64,000 nt of DNA, from the NCBI GenBank assembly GCA_002269645.1, contig NIVC01000741.1, positions 248,001 to 312,000 of the forward strand, written 5' to 3'. The position numbers and the translations under genes were made by a program. Below, in pieces: positions 62,054-64,000 of this stretch (position 1 is its first letter; the number at the start of each line of letters is the position of its first letter). The notes beneath the pieces are model-generated. The model made no database searches. It saw only the letters and a list, made by a program, of their open reading frames with translations, and was not told the origin of the DNA. Source of the stretch: Macrostomum lignano (taxonomy: Eukaryota).

Positions 62054-62861
62054 ATGAGAGCCGCCAGCCCAAATGTGATGCTGGTCAATGGCAGCCAGAC
62101 CATGGACCGCCTCGTCAACCTTCCAGACGGTCGCCGCGGCGGCGGAGACGGCGCAGACGGCGGCGGAGGCATCGATGCCGAAGGCTCCTCGGACGGCTGC
62201 TACAGCGTGCTGAAGTCCATCATGTTCTTTTTTAATGGCATCTTCTGGGTGAGCTTCAAACTGCCATTCGATCAGTCTCTCCCTGCATCTCCTCTCTCTC
62301 CCTGCCTCTTCCCTCCCAGCCTCTCTCCCTGACTGCCTCTCCCCCATATTTTTCCCTCCCTACCTCTCCCTCCCTACCTCTCCCTCCCTGCCTCTCCCTA
62401 CCCCCTCCCTGCCTCTCCCTCCCTGCCTCTCCCTCCCTGCCTCTCCCTCCCTGCCTCTCCCTCCCAGCCTCTCTCCCTGACTGCCTCTCCCCCCTATTTT
62501 TCCCTCCCTACCTCTCCCTTCCTACCTCCCTCCCTCCCTGCCTCTCCCTCCCTGCCTCTCCCACCCTACCTCTCCCTCACTACCTCTCCTCCCTACCTCT
62601 CGCTCCCTGCTTTTTCTGCCTCTCTCCCAGTCACCAGACTCCACTTTGTGCACCGCCTGACTTCAGCTGCTGGGCGTGGCCACCTTCAGCGTGGGCATCG
62701 CAATCCACACCGACCGCGAGTTCCGTGTGGCGGTGGCCGGCTACGTTCCCGGCGCGGGCACCGGCGCCAGCATCTTCATAGTTGTCGGCGTTGCCATGGT
62801 TACCACAGGATTTCTTGGCTGCTGCGGCGCGATCCGAGAGAGCCAGTGCATGCTGCTGTCG
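62054..62861 (+). CDS. Tetraspanin, 5' partial: exons 62054-62248 and 62667-62861; the gene continues beyond the window
   Basis: GCYSVLKSIMFFFNGIFW|LLGVATFSVGI and GFLGCCGAIRESQCMLL are classic tetraspanin TM1-TM3 signatures; phase-0 GT-AG sites. The start codon is tentative. Confidence 0.85.
62290..62625. repeat. CT-rich low-complexity repeat (CCCTGCCTCTCCCT-like) in tetraspanin intron 1
   Basis: Direct. Confidence 0.8.
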
Positions 62862-63084
62862 GTGAGAGAGGCGGTGGGATCCGGGTAGAGCTTTACAGGG
62901 GACTGGGAGCCCTGAGTAAAAAGCCTAACCCGAACCCTGACCCGAACCCGAACCCCGACCCGAACCCGAACCCTGACCCGAACCCGAACCCTAACAGTTT
63001 TCGACAGATAAAATTTGCTGTTTACTTGTAAGCAGCTGACAGTTGAAATTCGCACTACCACTGATTTTGAGGGGTCGCCATCGC

Positions 63085-63790
63085 AAACCCGAAATATCAA
63101 TAAACCCGAAATATCACAAACCCGAAATAACACAAACCCGAAATATCACAAACCCGAAATATCACCAAACCGAAAAATCACAAACCCGAAATATCACAAA
63201 CCCGAAATAACACAAACCCGAAATATCACCAAACCGAAAAATCACAAACCCGAAATAACAATAAACCGAAACATCACAAACCCGAAATAACACAAACCCG
63301 AAATATCACAAACCCGAAATAACACAAACCCGAAATATCACAAACCCGAAATATCACCAAACCGAAAAATCACAAACCCGAAATAACAATAAACCGAAAT
63401 ATCACAAACCCGAAATAACAATAAACCGAAACATCACAAACCCGAAATAACACAAACCCGAAATATCACAAACCCGAAATAACACAAACCCGAAATATCA
63501 CAAACCCGAAATAACACAAACCCGAAATATCACCAAACCGAAAAATCACAAACCCGAAATAACAATAAACCGAAACATCACAAACCCGAAATAACACAAA
63601 CCCGAAATATCACAAACCCGAAATATCACCAAACCGAAAAATCACAAACCCGAAATAACAATAAACCGAAATATCACAAACCCGAAATATCACAAATCCG
63701 AAACATCACAAACCCGAAATATCACAAACCCGAAATAACACAAACCTGAAATATCACAAACCCGAAACGTCACAAACCCGAAATGTCACA
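63085..63790 (+). repeat. 16-bp (15-17) repeat (ACAAACCCGAAATATC)n in tetraspanin intron 2, preceded by a telomere-like AACCCG/AACCCT tract (62925-62995)
   Basis: Direct; same family as 38388-38585. Confidence 0.9.
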
Positions 63791-64000
63791 ACTCCTATAT
63801 CTAGTTGTAGCAATGCCTAGCACTATTTTGGTTTTCGGAGTTACGATATTGCACGCATTGATTGACAGAGACGAGCGTATTTTGTCTCTGGGCGAATAAA
63901 ACTTGCTTGCCACTTATTCCTGCAATTGCAATCTTAGGCTCTGAAGCATGAATAGAATGTTATAGAACTGTATGGGATCAGTATTGCTTTATTGATAGCA

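Overview
Metazoan genomic DNA with GT-AG introns, TTAGGG repeats and very dense tandem repeats. The architecture resembles repeat-rich invertebrate genomes such as Macrostomum flatworms, but that is inference only. Genes: (1) a tandem cluster of four spliced, apparently intact GT32/DXD glycosyltransferase paralogues (SUR1/CSH1-like, + strand, 16.5-36.4 kb) with the same 4-exon structure but very different stem lengths; (2) a complete 8-exon LIV-1 family ZIP metal transporter (- strand, 40342-48674) with an unusually small predicted ectodomain; (3) the first two exons of a tetraspanin (+, from 62054). Mobile DNA: a twin-primed, 5'-inverted RTE-like LINE with an 11-bp TSD; two decayed Gypsy elements, each inserted in a tandem array with a 5-bp TSD and a tRNA-Ser PBS; a 2.2-kb solo-LTR-like element carrying a CRE-CCAAT-TATA promoter; two tRNA/CORE-like SINEs, one of which has amplified its own A-box head into a roughly 90-unit satellite; MITE-like palindromes; and, in 1-14.3 kb, a modular composite repeat (tRNA-like remnant + conserved module + interchangeable satellites) in direct and inverted copies. 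Most long ORFs in the supplied track are translations of satellites. Everything was read by eye: splice sites were assigned from consensus plus frame continuity, and family names come from motif recall, not database searches.
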